From contig JAGRAZ010000001.1 in assembly GCA_020434345.1 (NCBI GenBank), forward strand, positions 3,763 to 67,762: a DNA stretch of 64,000 bases, given 5' to 3'. The position numbers and the translations under genes were made by a program. Numbering within the stretch: position 1 is the stretch's first letter; every line of letters starts with the position of its first letter. Origin of the DNA: Bdellovibrionales bacterium (GTDB taxonomy: Bacteria > Bdellovibrionota_G > JALEGL01 > JAGRMV01). Positions 10,262-20,015 of the stretch are shown here, piece after piece. The notes below the pieces were generated by a model. The model was given only the letters and a program-made list of their open reading frames with translations. It had not been told where the DNA came from and made no database searches.

Positions 10262-10978
10262 ATGAATAATTACTCAAAACAACCGCGCTTTACTGCAGAG
10301 CTTCCGATTAAAATTTCAGGTCAATCTTCCATTGAAGGTAAAATCATCAACATCTCTAAATCGGGTGCTAAGATTAAACTTAACAGCAAAAGCTATAGAA
10401 GTTTAAACACGCTTTTATCTTTTTATATTTACATGGACGGACAAACACCAGAAACAATAAAAAAGGACAAAAAAGACATTGAAGCTCACCGCATTAAAGT
10501 CATCTCAAAAATCGTTCGATATGCGAATGAAAACAATGACGATTGCTTAGGTGTTGAAATCATCGCACCTGAGGGAGAAGACAAGACAAGATGGAACAAG
10601 TTTTTTCATCAGCTAGAACAAGATCAAAAACGAACGTTCGTCGAACCAAAAAAGTTAAACTTTACGTTACGCTTTAAAAACATCCGTGACTTGATTGACT
10701 TTCTTCCTGTTGCACCTGTCGACCCATTTTTTATCCCAACATTGAAACCAAGAATTGTTGGAACTGTTGTCACCATTACACTCATGCATCCAAGTAGAGA
10801 TGATGCTAAGCTAGACATACGTGCAAAAATAATTGCGTACGGTACACATCCAGAAAATGAATACCTTGGAGCCACATGCCAATTGGAAGACCTTGATGTT
10901 ATCACCAAAAACAAAATCAACGCATTTGTTGGACAGCGCCTGTACCCCATCATGATTCGAAGTTCAGATACACATTAA
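10262..10978 (+). CDS. PilZ-domain-like protein (possible c-di-GMP receptor).
   Basis: N-terminus QPRFTAELPIKISGQ...GKIINISKSGAKIKL resembles the PilZ RxxxR...D/NxSxxG pattern, though degenerate. Confidence 0.4.
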   Translation: MNNYSKQPRFTAELPIKISGQSSIEGKIINISKSGAKIKLNSKSYRSLNTLLSFYIYMDGQTPETIKKDKKDIEAHRIKVISKIVRYANENNDDCLGVEIIAPEGEDKTRWNKFFHQLEQDQKRTFVEPKKLNFTLRFKNIRDLIDFLPVAPVDPFFIPTLKPRIVGTVVTITLMHPSRDDAKLDIRAKIIAYGTHPENEYLGATCQLEDLDVITKNKINAFVGQRLYPIMIRSSDTH

Positions 10979-11040
10979 AAACACCTAATTAAAAAGAAAA
11001 GTGTTCAGTAGAAATTTTGTTTTGTTCTATTTTTAAGATT

Positions 11041-11550
11041 TTAGAAGTGAATACCTGCTGAGAAAAATACGTTCCAGAAATCTGTGGAAGTTGCTCCATC
11101 AAAATTAATATAATTATATACACCTTCAACACCCAACGTAATCACTGGAAGCACGATGTTTAAACCCAAGCCAGTATAAAAGCCGGGTGCACTTTGATCT
11201 GAGATTGGAGAATTGCTTGAGTAAAACAGCCAAGAATACGCAAATCCTGCTCGAACAAAAGGATGTAGAAGATTTGAATCAGGCGTAATTAAAGAATTAA
11301 AATCATACACTGGACCAAGATTGGCTTGTAGGTAAAACGAATTCACTACATCATTGTCATAGAAGCCAATTGCTTCAGCTTCTACTGCCAACCCAGATAC
11401 AGGAAGGGGTAAGCCAAACACCACACCGCCACCAATATTGGTAGATCCGTCCGACGTAAATGTTCCCACTTTTAAGCCTACATAGGCATTTGAAGAGGTT
11501 GAAAAAGCCAAAGCCGCCAAAAATACTAAAATCGAATATTGTAATCTCAT
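11041..11550 (-). CDS. Outer-membrane beta-barrel protein (OmpW/OmpA-like porin family).
   Basis: Internal start MRLQYSILVFLAALAFSTSSNA is a signal peptide. It has an alternating amphipathic pattern and a C-terminal ...SAGIHF with terminal Phe, typical of OMP barrels. Confidence 0.55.
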   Translation of the reverse strand: MRLQYSILVFLAALAFSTSSNAYVGLKVGTFTSDGSTNIGGGVVFGLPLPVSGLAVEAEAIGFYDNDVVNSFYLQANLGPVYDFNSLITPDSNLLHPFVRAGFAYSWLFYSSNSPISDQSAPGFYTGLGLNIVLPVITLGVEGVYNYINFDGATSTDFWNVFFSAGIHF

Positions 11551-11617
11551 ACAAAAAGTTATACAGAAAACACCCATAGAGTCACGAAAAACATCAAAAT
11601 CAAGGGGAAGAGCCACC

Positions 11618-12586
11618 ATGTCTCACATTCGTAAATTTATAGATACACATTTCCTTCACTTTAATGCAGCTTCACTCAAAGATGCTGCAACCGCCTATGA
11701 AAACCACCTACAAAAAGGTGGCAAAATGATGGTCACCCTTGCAGGTGCGATGAGTACTGCAGAGCTGGGCAAGTCTTTGGCCGAAATGATTCGCCAAGAC
11801 AAAGTCCATGCTATTACTTGCACTGGTGCCAACCTTGAAGAAGACATTTTCAACCTCGTTGCACACGATCACTATGAGCGAATTCCAAACTATCGTGATC
11901 TTCGTCCCGAAGATGAACAAGCGCTGCTTGATCGACACTTAAATCGTGTCACAGACACGTGTATTCCTGAAGAAGAAGCCATGCGAAAAATTGAAAACAT
12001 ACTTTGGGATGATTGGACAGGTTCTGATCAAAAAAAAGAACGCTACTTTCCACACCAATTTTTCTACCGCGGTATTCAAAAAGGTTTGTTTCAAAAACAA
12101 GCGCAAATCGATCCAAAAAATAGCTGGCTTGTGGCTGCCTGTGAAAAAAATCTACCCATTTTTGTCCCCGGTTGGGAAGATTCAACTTTAGGCAATATGT
12201 ATGCAGCTGCTTGCTTAAAAGAAGAAGTTAAAAACCCGATGACCATGCGTAGTGGCATTGAGTACATGATGGAACTGGCCAAGTGGTACCAAGCCACTTC
12301 ACAAAAATCTTCGATTGGTTTTTTCCAAATTGGTGGTGGTATTGCTGGAGATTTTCCCATTTGTGTTGTGCCCATGCTTGAGCAAGATATGGAAAGCAAC
12401 ACACCTCTTTGGGGATATTTCTGCCAAATTTCGGATTCAACGACAAGCTATGGTTCTTATTCTGGCGCTGTCCCGAATGAAAAAATCACATGGGGCAAAC
12501 TGGGTGTAAAGACACCCAAATTTGTCATCGAATCCGATGCCACAATTGTTGCACCTTTGATGTTTGCCTATATTTTGGGCTGGTAA
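11618..12586 (+). CDS. Deoxyhypusine synthase-like protein.
   Basis: GGKMMVTLAGAMSTAELGKSLAEMIRQDKVHAITCTGANLEEDIFNLV matches the deoxyhypusine synthase family. A GGGAAGAG SD precedes the ATG. Confidence 0.8.
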   Translation: MSHIRKFIDTHFLHFNAASLKDAATAYENHLQKGGKMMVTLAGAMSTAELGKSLAEMIRQDKVHAITCTGANLEEDIFNLVAHDHYERIPNYRDLRPEDEQALLDRHLNRVTDTCIPEEEAMRKIENILWDDWTGSDQKKERYFPHQFFYRGIQKGLFQKQAQIDPKNSWLVAACEKNLPIFVPGWEDSTLGNMYAAACLKEEVKNPMTMRSGIEYMMELAKWYQATSQKSSIGFFQIGGGIAGDFPICVVPMLEQDMESNTPLWGYFCQISDSTTSYGSYSGAVPNEKITWGKLGVKTPKFVIESDATIVAPLMFAYILGW

Positions 12587-12711
12587 CATTTTGTTCTTAC
12601 AATAAAATTTGGCTTGGATCATATGCATTTCGTATAAAGTCGTTTGTAGCGATTGTAACGAACGAAGTCGACTTTGATAGGAAGGCATATACGATCTAAC
12701 CTGTAAAAAAA

Positions 12712-13344
12712 TTACACTTCAGAACTTGGGCAAAGTGTGTGCAGTTCACATGCTCCGCAAAGTGGCTTTCGTGCTTTGCACGTAGCCCTTCCATGCATGA
12801 TCATACGATGAGAAATGACCGTCCAATCTTTTTGAGACACAAGCTTCATCAAATCTTTTTCTACTTTTACCGGATCTTTTTCTTTGGTGAAACCAAACCT
12901 TCGAGACAATCGCCCCACATGGGTATCCACAACCACACCAACATTTTTTCCAAACGCATTGCCCAGTACCACATTGGCAGTTTTCCTACCTACGCCTCGA
13001 AGTTTAATCAATTCATCCATCGATGCTGGTACCTTGCCACCATGTTTGGTGACAATATCTTCAGATGAACTTTTAAGTGATTTGGCTTTGGATCGAAAAA
13101 AACCTGTAGACTGAATAAGCTTTTCAATGGAAGACAAAGGGGCTTTGCTCATACTTGCTGCATCGGGATATTTTTGAAAAAGTGATGGCGTTACCTTATT
13201 GACACGTTCATCTGTACACTGGGCAGATAAAATGGTTGCTACCAAAAGCTGAAATGGATCATCATGGACAAGCGCGCAATTTGGATCTGGAAAAAGTTTC
13301 GCAAGTTTTTGCAAAATCTTCTTACTTCTTTCATCTTTTTTCAA
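12712..13344 (-). CDS. nth: Endonuclease III.
   Basis: LVATILSAQCTDERVNKVTPSLF is the HhH-GPD region. The C-terminal CKARKPLCGACELHTLC is the 4Fe-4S cluster loop. Confidence 0.9.
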   Translation of the reverse strand: MKKDERSKKILQKLAKLFPDPNCALVHDDPFQLLVATILSAQCTDERVNKVTPSLFQKYPDAASMSKAPLSSIEKLIQSTGFFRSKAKSLKSSSEDIVTKHGGKVPASMDELIKLRGVGRKTANVVLGNAFGKNVGVVVDTHVGRLSRRFGFTKEKDPVKVEKDLMKLVSQKDWTVISHRMIMHGRATCKARKPLCGACELHTLCPSSEV

Positions 13345-15055
13345 AAAACGCCTCTATTTCCTTGGCTGTTCTTGTATTAAGTACGTTTTGTTTTTCAAGC
13401 CCACCCTTTCGTGCCATGTTCACACCAAAGATTACATCTTCCAACCCCTCAATACTATGCGCATCTGGATTGATGGAAACGAGGCCTTTTTTCCGTTTAA
13501 GATACGGCAAAAGTCGCCAGTCTACATCCAGACGATATGGACTTGCATTAAGCTCAACAACCTTTCCAAGTTTTGCTGCATGTTCAATGATCTCATTCAT
13601 ATCAATCTCAAACGCATCCCTTCCTAGCAAAATTCGTCCCGTTGGGTGACCCAACATGGTCGTTGCGGGGTTCGAAAGTGCCTTTTTACAGCGCGTTGTC
13701 ATTTGCTGTTTACTCATACGAAAAGAAGAATGCACAGAAGCAATCACAAAATCAAAGTCCTTTAAAACTTTTTTGGGATAGTCCAACTCACCATCTTTTA
13801 AAATATCAGACTCGATGCCTTTAAAAATACGAATTGTAGGAAACTTTTTCTGAAGCTGATCGATCTCTTTATGTTGCTTGATAATATCTTTGGCGTTTAA
13901 GCCATGTGCATAAAACGCACTCTGACTATGGTCAGTAATACCAATATAATCATAACCCTTATCCACACAAGCCTGAACCATCTCAATCAAAGAATTTTTC
14001 CCATCGCTGTAGGTCGTATGCATATGAAAAATACCTTTGATATCTTTTTCTGAAATGAGATTGGGTAATTTTCCTTTTTCAGCAAGCTCTATTTCTTGCG
14101 TTCCTTCACGCATTTCCGGCTCAACGAATGCAAGATCAAGCGTTTGAAACAAATCTTTTTCTGATTGGATTTTTAATTTTCTTTCTCCCTTAAAAACACC
14201 CCACTCACTCACCTTTAAGCCCATTTTCTTGGCCCGAGAACGAATCAACGTATTATGCTCTTTGCTTCCAGTAAAATGATGAAGTGCGCTTGCAAACTCG
14301 TCGGGCTTTACAATTCGCAAATCGATCTGCAAACCTGTGTCCAAACGAACACTGATCTTAGTATCTCCTGCTGCAATGACTTCCTCTACATTTTTCATTG
14401 TTGAAAACTTTTTTCCAACACTTTCTGGAAGGATAGTAGAACACAAAATATCCGCATCTTTCACAATTTCTTTTTTTCGCCGAAGACTTCCTGCGATCGA
14501 GATTTCACTGACTTCCTTCATTGCAGACAAAATTTTTATAACACCTTCTACTTGTGCAAGTACATCCACATAACGAAAACGCCCTACATTCTTTTTGAGA
14601 TACTCGATGCCTTGAAGGATTTTGTCTTGTGTCTTCTCTCCAAAACCCTTGAGCTTTAAAAGACGATTTTCCTGACAAGCGTATTCAAGCGAAGTCAAAG
14701 AATCAATTCCCAATTCATTGTAAAGAACTTTAATTTTCTTAGGCCCCAATTGTGGAACCTTAAAAAGGTCAAACAATGTTTCTGGAAATTTCTTTTTCAG
14801 TGCATCAAAAACATCTAACTTTCCAGATTCACAATATGTCGTGATATCACTCGCAATCCCCTTACCTATGCCTTGAAGTTCTGTTAAACGATTTTCCCTT
14901 AAAAGTGTTTCAAAATCGTCGGACATTGTTTCTAGTGTTCGTGCAGCGTTTGAAAATGCACGAATCTTAAAAACATTTTCATCATTTAGTTCTAGCAATA
15001 TGGCCATCTCATGAAGAAGATCAATGACATCTTCTTTAGATTTTTTATTTTTCAT
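13331..15055 (-). CDS. polX: DNA polymerase/3'-5' exonuclease PolX (Pol beta-like N-terminus plus PHP domain).
   Basis: The N-terminal region (MKNKKSKEDVIDLLHEMAILLELNDENVFKIRAF...) resembles the PolX N-terminus. The C-terminal half has a histidine/aspartate-rich segment (GIFHMHTTYSDGK...GYDYIGITDHS) consistent with a PHP domain. Length 574 aa. Confidence 0.85.
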   Translation of the reverse strand: MKNKKSKEDVIDLLHEMAILLELNDENVFKIRAFSNAARTLETMSDDFETLLRENRLTELQGIGKGIASDITTYCESGKLDVFDALKKKFPETLFDLFKVPQLGPKKIKVLYNELGIDSLTSLEYACQENRLLKLKGFGEKTQDKILQGIEYLKKNVGRFRYVDVLAQVEGVIKILSAMKEVSEISIAGSLRRKKEIVKDADILCSTILPESVGKKFSTMKNVEEVIAAGDTKISVRLDTGLQIDLRIVKPDEFASALHHFTGSKEHNTLIRSRAKKMGLKVSEWGVFKGERKLKIQSEKDLFQTLDLAFVEPEMREGTQEIELAEKGKLPNLISEKDIKGIFHMHTTYSDGKNSLIEMVQACVDKGYDYIGITDHSQSAFYAHGLNAKDIIKQHKEIDQLQKKFPTIRIFKGIESDILKDGELDYPKKVLKDFDFVIASVHSSFRMSKQQMTTRCKKALSNPATTMLGHPTGRILLGRDAFEIDMNEIIEHAAKLGKVVELNASPYRLDVDWRLLPYLKRKKGLVSINPDAHSIEGLEDVIFGVNMARKGGLEKQNVLNTRTAKEIEAFFEKR

Positions 15056-15566
15056 CGTTGTAAAATCCGTACTCTCTCATCCATATGTCAATCACTGCGT
15101 CGATAAGCTCTTGAATATTTTCTTTGCAATGTTTCTCATCATAGAAAACAGTATGCGCATACTGAAATGATAACACTTGTTTGGCCATTTTATCGGCCAT
15201 CACTTCTTTGGGTAAATACAAATAAACCAATGCTGAGAGCTTCAAATGGCTAAATGAAGGGGTCGTAAATTCAAAAGATACCTCAGGATATTCACTAGGC
15301 CCTTTGTCACCCAGTGTAGGTGAAAGAGGATGTTGCAGCATCGCCCCCGTTATGAGCTTTGAAAACGTTTCCTGATCCATACAAGAGGCAATTTTATCCA
15401 TACCTGTAAAGCGAGCGATAAACTTGGTGGCCCCCTTCATCGAAGGACGGTACTCGGTAGGTTCCTCATAGAAACGCCCCAAACCATACGGAGAAAGGAC
15501 CTCATTGGTCGCTCCAAACACACTTGTTCCCATTAGAAACAGCAAAATAACCCACATATTCCTCAT
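15045..15566 (-). CDS. Secreted hypothetical protein.
   Basis: Internal start MRNMWVILLFLMGTSVFGATNE is a signal peptide. No family recognised. Confidence 0.4.
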   Translation of the reverse strand: MRNMWVILLFLMGTSVFGATNEVLSPYGLGRFYEEPTEYRPSMKGATKFIARFTGMDKIASCMDQETFSKLITGAMLQHPLSPTLGDKGPSEYPEVSFEFTTPSFSHLKLSALVYLYLPKEVMADKMAKQVLSFQYAHTVFYDEKHCKENIQELIDAVIDIWMREYGFYNDEK

Positions 15567-15635
15567 GGAAGCCAATGTATCACACTTTTTTAAGAGTTTG
15601 ACCCAAGTTGTAAAACATTTTACAAGAGGCAAAAG

Positions 15636-16433
15636 ATGACACAAAAACAAGAACTTCCACTGGGATTGTTTGCCTTTTCCCTCCTATTTTCTCTACTTCT
15701 TCATGGATTGTTATTTTTCATTTCACAGCACAGCTTTCATCATATCAGTGACGTCACACCTCCTCTTTCCAAAGATGTCGTGGAGTGGATTGATTTGTCA
15801 AAAAGTTTTCCAGACAGACAAATCGTTGATGTCATTGATCAAAAATCCCTAACCGATAAAACTGTGGACTCGCCATACCTTTCAGACGAAAACCGAAAAG
15901 TTACAACTTCAAGTGTAGCACCCGGCACATCTGGCCCCACGATGACAAAGCCTTCTCAAGCAGACGCAACCTCACTTGATCAAAACAAACTTAATTTATC
16001 AGATCAAAAGCTTTCACAGGTCCTTGCTCAAACGCAAACGCCATTTACAATTTCAGTCAATCCCAACAACTACCTACCTGAAATTCAAGTTGGCAATGAA
16101 ACCATGCTATCAACACAAAAGTTTGCATACGCATCGTATTTTACAAGAATGAAGCAAGCCATTGAGGTTTACTGGAAGCCTCCAGCTTCCTTGGTTGCGC
16201 ACAACCCATACAAAAAAACATGGATCACAACACTATTGATTGTTCTTGATGACGAAGGCAAATTAAACGAGAACCTCATAACAACAAGTTCTGGCGTTAC
16301 GGAATTAGATCAATTTGCACTTCGTGCTGTATCCAAAGCTGCCCCTTTTTATAATCCACCCGAAGTGCTCTTGGATGAGTCTGGGGAAATTCGGATGACC
16401 TGGAACTTCATTTTCGAAGCCTCCCGATTTTGA
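15636..16433 (+). CDS. TonB-family energy transducer-like protein.
   Basis: N-terminal TM segment LGLFAFSLLFSLLLHGLLFFI. Ser/Thr/Pro-rich linker. The C-terminal YWKPPASL...LIVLDDEGKLNENLITTSSGVTELDQFALRAVSKAAPFYNPP resembles the TonB C-terminal domain. Confidence 0.55.
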   Translation: MTQKQELPLGLFAFSLLFSLLLHGLLFFISQHSFHHISDVTPPLSKDVVEWIDLSKSFPDRQIVDVIDQKSLTDKTVDSPYLSDENRKVTTSSVAPGTSGPTMTKPSQADATSLDQNKLNLSDQKLSQVLAQTQTPFTISVNPNNYLPEIQVGNETMLSTQKFAYASYFTRMKQAIEVYWKPPASLVAHNPYKKTWITTLLIVLDDEGKLNENLITTSSGVTELDQFALRAVSKAAPFYNPPEVLLDESGEIRMTWNFIFEASRF

Positions 16434-16663
16434 TTTTTTTATATATGATGGATGGTTTCCTTTCATTTCATGGCTCGTTCATTGAAACATTTGTTTCAAT
16501 GAACTGTGCTTGACTTCCATTCAAGGAATCCATCCATCTTTCTAGCAACAAAATCGAGGCATACGACATGACTGAGATTGGAAATGGACACTTTTTTATA
16601 AAAAAGTGATTACTTTATATGTCGAGAAATGGGTGAGTTTGAGCAGTTTGATGCTGCTTACAT

Positions 16664-17434
16664 TTAAAATAAGTTTTTGTTGTCGTTGCAGGTTTGGCTG
16701 CGGATTTGTGTCGCACCTGTCACCTGACATCGATGCAGCTTTCCATGTTGAATCTTGATACTTCCATCAAGCGTTGAATGATCAATCACTGAATTGTCCA
16801 AAACAAATGTAGAGCCAGAAATTGTAGATGCAATCACTTCGCTGTTTTTGATTTCGACGGCACCACTAATATTTGAATCTTCTTTAATTTTACCTTGCGT
16901 AACTTTAGAAGCGCCCGATATTGTAGAGTTTTCAATTTCACTCGAAAAAGCAGAAGAAGCGCCTAAAATTTTAGCATTTTTAATTTTTGACCCATGAACA
17001 ATCGAAGCACCTGACACTTCAGAGTTTACAACCTCTGAACTCCCAATCACCATCACTGATCCAAGCAGTTTGGATGCCCCTGTAATTTTTGCGTTGCCTT
17101 TGATTACACTTGTACCGCATACAATTGATTCTTTATCTATGTGGGCTGCCTTGTTGATGTTCGCTCGAACTGATCTGAGACCACCACCATTATCATGCGT
17201 GACAACTTGTTCATTGCCACAAACTGTTTCTTCATTGGACATCCACCAATTTTCACTTACATTTTTTAGCACCTGATCATCACACGTAAGTGTACCCTTT
17301 TCAAATGTAAGTTTGGTTTTGCATTCCAACTCTTTTCCATCCACAACAATTGTGTGGGTCGCAAAAGCACTGGTAGACAAAAATAGAACGCATAAAAGTG
17401 TGTAGTTTCTGATCATGGTTTGTTGTTTTTCCAT
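16664..17434 (-). CDS. Secreted protein built from ~18-residue Gly/Ser-rich beta-strand repeats (beta-helix/bactofilin-like repeat architecture), unknown function.
   Basis: Signal peptide MIRNYTLLCVLFLSTSAFA. Tandem repeats ...SGASIVHGSKIKNAKILGASSAFSSEIENSTISGASKVTQGKIKEDSNISGAVEIKNSEV... Confidence 0.45.
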   Translation of the reverse strand: MEKQQTMIRNYTLLCVLFLSTSAFATHTIVVDGKELECKTKLTFEKGTLTCDDQVLKNVSENWWMSNEETVCGNEQVVTHDNGGGLRSVRANINKAAHIDKESIVCGTSVIKGNAKITGASKLLGSVMVIGSSEVVNSEVSGASIVHGSKIKNAKILGASSAFSSEIENSTISGASKVTQGKIKEDSNISGAVEIKNSEVIASTISGSTFVLDNSVIDHSTLDGSIKIQHGKLHRCQVTGATQIRSQTCNDNKNLF

Positions 17435-17464
17435 ATTTTTAGACCAAGCGCAAGGACTTTGCCG

Positions 17465-17932
17465 TTATCTTTTGCGTACTGATTTATGAGGGGTGACAAC
17501 CAAACGTGCTGGCTGATCCGTATAGTTTTTGGAAGCCAAAATTGTCCACTCGTACTCCCCCGCCTGAAGAAACAGATACTGTTTGATGCATTTTCCACCT
17601 GCTTGAGGTTCAAAGCGTGAAAATAACCCACTATTACATGCACGGGTGCTTTGGTCGGCATCAGGTCCATAGCAAACAGGCATTGCGTATTGAAAATGAA
17701 GTTTGTATTTAGGGTCTGTGGCGGTACTTGAAGAGCGCGAGTAAATTATCTGATTCATACAAAAAACAACCCAAGCACCACTTAATTTATCGCCTTCACC
17801 AATAGATTTTGCAAAATGATCTGAGTACGTTACTGACTCCAAACATAAATCAGGATAATTTGAAAAACATTCTGATGCATTTGCCAACTGAGATACACAT
17901 ATAAAAAAAATAATAAGCAGACGACTATTCAT
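17465..17932 (-). CDS. Secreted Cys-containing hypothetical protein.
   Basis: Signal peptide MNSRLLIIFFICVSQLANA. Several Cys. No family recognised. Confidence 0.4.
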   Translation of the reverse strand: MNSRLLIIFFICVSQLANASECFSNYPDLCLESVTYSDHFAKSIGEGDKLSGAWVVFCMNQIIYSRSSSTATDPKYKLHFQYAMPVCYGPDADQSTRACNSGLFSRFEPQAGGKCIKQYLFLQAGEYEWTILASKNYTDQPARLVVTPHKSVRKR

Positions 17933-18461
17933 GTTGTTCTACAACCTTAACTGGAACAAGTGCTTGATCAATAAGTTGATCACCATCATAAAAAGCAACA
18001 AAAACATTCCATTTGCCCGGCATCATGAATGAAATATCTTGAATAAGCACGGTTTGCTCATCAAGATAACTTGTACCAAAAATAATTCTTCCGTGATCAT
18101 GCTTTTGCATGGTTGCAAAAACCAAAAGCTCTAATCCTTCAATCGCATCCAATGCATTTTCATTCCAAGTAAGTTTGGCTTCATCTAAGGCGTTGGATAC
18201 AAAGGTGCGATCAAACCCTTTGATATCTGCAACAAAACCAAGCTTGTCAAAATTTGCAGCACAACAGCCACCCTCTTCACATGCATCATCTTTTTCTTTT
18301 GCATCATCGGGGGTTGCACCATCAGTTTTGGGGGTTTTGTCTTTGGATTGATTTTTTGCCGGCGGCACGGGTGTCATTTCTTTTTGATTGCTTGAATTGT
18401 TCTTGGAAGGCGAACTACACGCAATCAACGCTAACATCAGAATTGTTAATAAGCCACGCAT
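17925..18461 (-). CDS. Lipoprotein with an acidic Cys-rich linker, unknown function.
   Basis: MRGLLTILMLALIACSSPSKNN is a lipobox. The run DDACEEGGCCAANFD is unusual. Its start overlaps the downstream gene. Confidence 0.4.
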   Translation of the reverse strand: MRGLLTILMLALIACSSPSKNNSSNQKEMTPVPPAKNQSKDKTPKTDGATPDDAKEKDDACEEGGCCAANFDKLGFVADIKGFDRTFVSNALDEAKLTWNENALDAIEGLELLVFATMQKHDHGRIIFGTSYLDEQTVLIQDISFMMPGKWNVFVAFYDGDQLIDQALVPVKVVEQHE

Positions 18462-18518
18462 GGTGCCGCTTAACTAGCATATGGATGCAATAAACTCAAT
18501 GCTTGGGTAGGAGGACAA

Positions 18519-20015
18519 CTAAGAGTGATTCTGATTCCAAGTCAGAACTGGATTGCGCGCCGCTTGGGTTTCGTTGAGCCGTTTGATACCTGTTCGGTGA
18601 GGTGCGGTTTTGACAACCTCTGGCGTTTCTTTGGCTTCATGTGCTACTTGCTTCATCACTTGAATAAATCGATCAAGTTCTGTTTTGGATTCAGATTCTG
18701 TAGGTTCGATCATGAGCGCACCTTCTACCACGAGCGGGAAATATACTGTAGGAGGATGGTAGCCAAAATCCATTAAGCGCTTGGCAATATCATGTGTTTT
18801 GACTTTACTTGTTTTCTGCTGCCATCTATCTGTGAACACAGCCTCATGAAGTGTTTTACTTTCAAACGGTAAATCATATGAATCTCTTAATTGAGACTTG
18901 ATGTAATTGGCATTTAAAACTGCTGTTTGACTAATTTGTGAAAGTTTTTCTTTACCAAAAGCATAGATATAACAAAGTGCACGAATAAACATACCAAAGT
19001 TTCCATAAAAACCTCGATACTTACCTACAGTTTGTTCTACATGTTGCAATTCAAAAGTGCCGTCTGATTTTTGAACCACTTGTGGCGTGGGAAGAAATGG
19101 AAGTAGTCTCTCGGAAACAACGACTGGACCTGATCCCGGCCCTCCTCCACCATGTGGCGTTGAAAAAGTTTTGTGTAAGTTAATATGCATAACATCTACA
19201 CCCATATTGTAGATATGCACTTGTCCCACCATTGCATTTAAATTGGCCCCATCACAATACAAAAGCGCATCTTGTGCGTGAAGAAAATCTGCGATCTCTT
19301 TGATTTCTTTTTCAAAAATGCCCAGCGTATTGGGCACAGTGATCATCAAGCCAGCAACAGTTTCATCCATTTTTGATTTGAGCTCATTGAGCGTAATGAT
19401 TCCATGTTCATTGGATGTAAGCGTTCGAACTGTAAAGCCACTCAATGCTGCAGTCGCAGGATTGGTACCATGGGCTGAATCGGGTACCAAAATCACTGTC
19501 TTATGCGTATTATTCTTGATCTGATGATATTTACGAATCATCTTAACACCGGCAAGTTCCCCTTGGGCACCAGCTGCGGGGTGCAAGCTACACCCTTTCA
19601 TGCCTGTAATTTCTTTCAGCGCTTCTTGTAACAAATACATCACCTCAAGGCTGCCTTGCACATCTACCTCAGGCATATAGGGGTGCATGTAAGAAAATCT
19701 TTGCATACCTGCAACCTCTTCATTGATACGCGGATTGTATTTCATTGTGCATGATCCCAACGGATACATACCGCCATCTATAGAATGATTTAACTGTGAA
19801 AGTTTTGTAAAGTGTCGAAGCACTTCAAACTCAGAAAGTTGTGGGAAATTTGAAATTTGTTTTCGCGTCCACGCTGGTGCTTCCGGTAAATTCACTGCAG
19901 GTAAATATTCATTAACGCGGCCTTTAACTGCATGTGTTTTTTCCAAAAGATCTGTAACAGGATGAAATGCGCGCTGAATTTCTGTAACAACACTCATAAC
20001 ACACCCTTCATACAT
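18519..20015 (-). CDS. gcvPB: Glycine dehydrogenase (decarboxylating) subunit 2.
   Basis: The conserved GcvPB PLP-binding region (...YCDGANLNAMVGQVHIYNMGVDVMHINLHKTFSTPHGGGGPGSGPV...) and a 498-aa length match the family. It lies in gcvT-H-PA-PB order. Confidence 0.9.
   Translation of the reverse strand: MYEGCVMSVVTEIQRAFHPVTDLLEKTHAVKGRVNEYLPAVNLPEAPAWTRKQISNFPQLSEFEVLRHFTKLSQLNHSIDGGMYPLGSCTMKYNPRINEEVAGMQRFSYMHPYMPEVDVQGSLEVMYLLQEALKEITGMKGCSLHPAAGAQGELAGVKMIRKYHQIKNNTHKTVILVPDSAHGTNPATAALSGFTVRTLTSNEHGIITLNELKSKMDETVAGLMITVPNTLGIFEKEIKEIADFLHAQDALLYCDGANLNAMVGQVHIYNMGVDVMHINLHKTFSTPHGGGGPGSGPVVVSERLLPFLPTPQVVQKSDGTFELQHVEQTVGKYRGFYGNFGMFIRALCYIYAFGKEKLSQISQTAVLNANYIKSQLRDSYDLPFESKTLHEAVFTDRWQQKTSKVKTHDIAKRLMDFGYHPPTVYFPLVVEGALMIEPTESESKTELDRFIQVMKQVAHEAKETPEVVKTAPHRTGIKRLNETQAARNPVLTWNQNHS

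Noticed and set aside
12739-13114. Plus-strand ORFs of 109 and 76 aa.
   Set aside because: They are antisense within nth.
13660-13685. tRNA-like GGTTCGAA T-loop motif (also a similar GGGTTCGAG near 47537).
   Set aside because: Both lie inside well-supported coding sequences (polX and a membrane-protein ORF). Neither has a surrounding cloverleaf or acceptor-stem complementarity.
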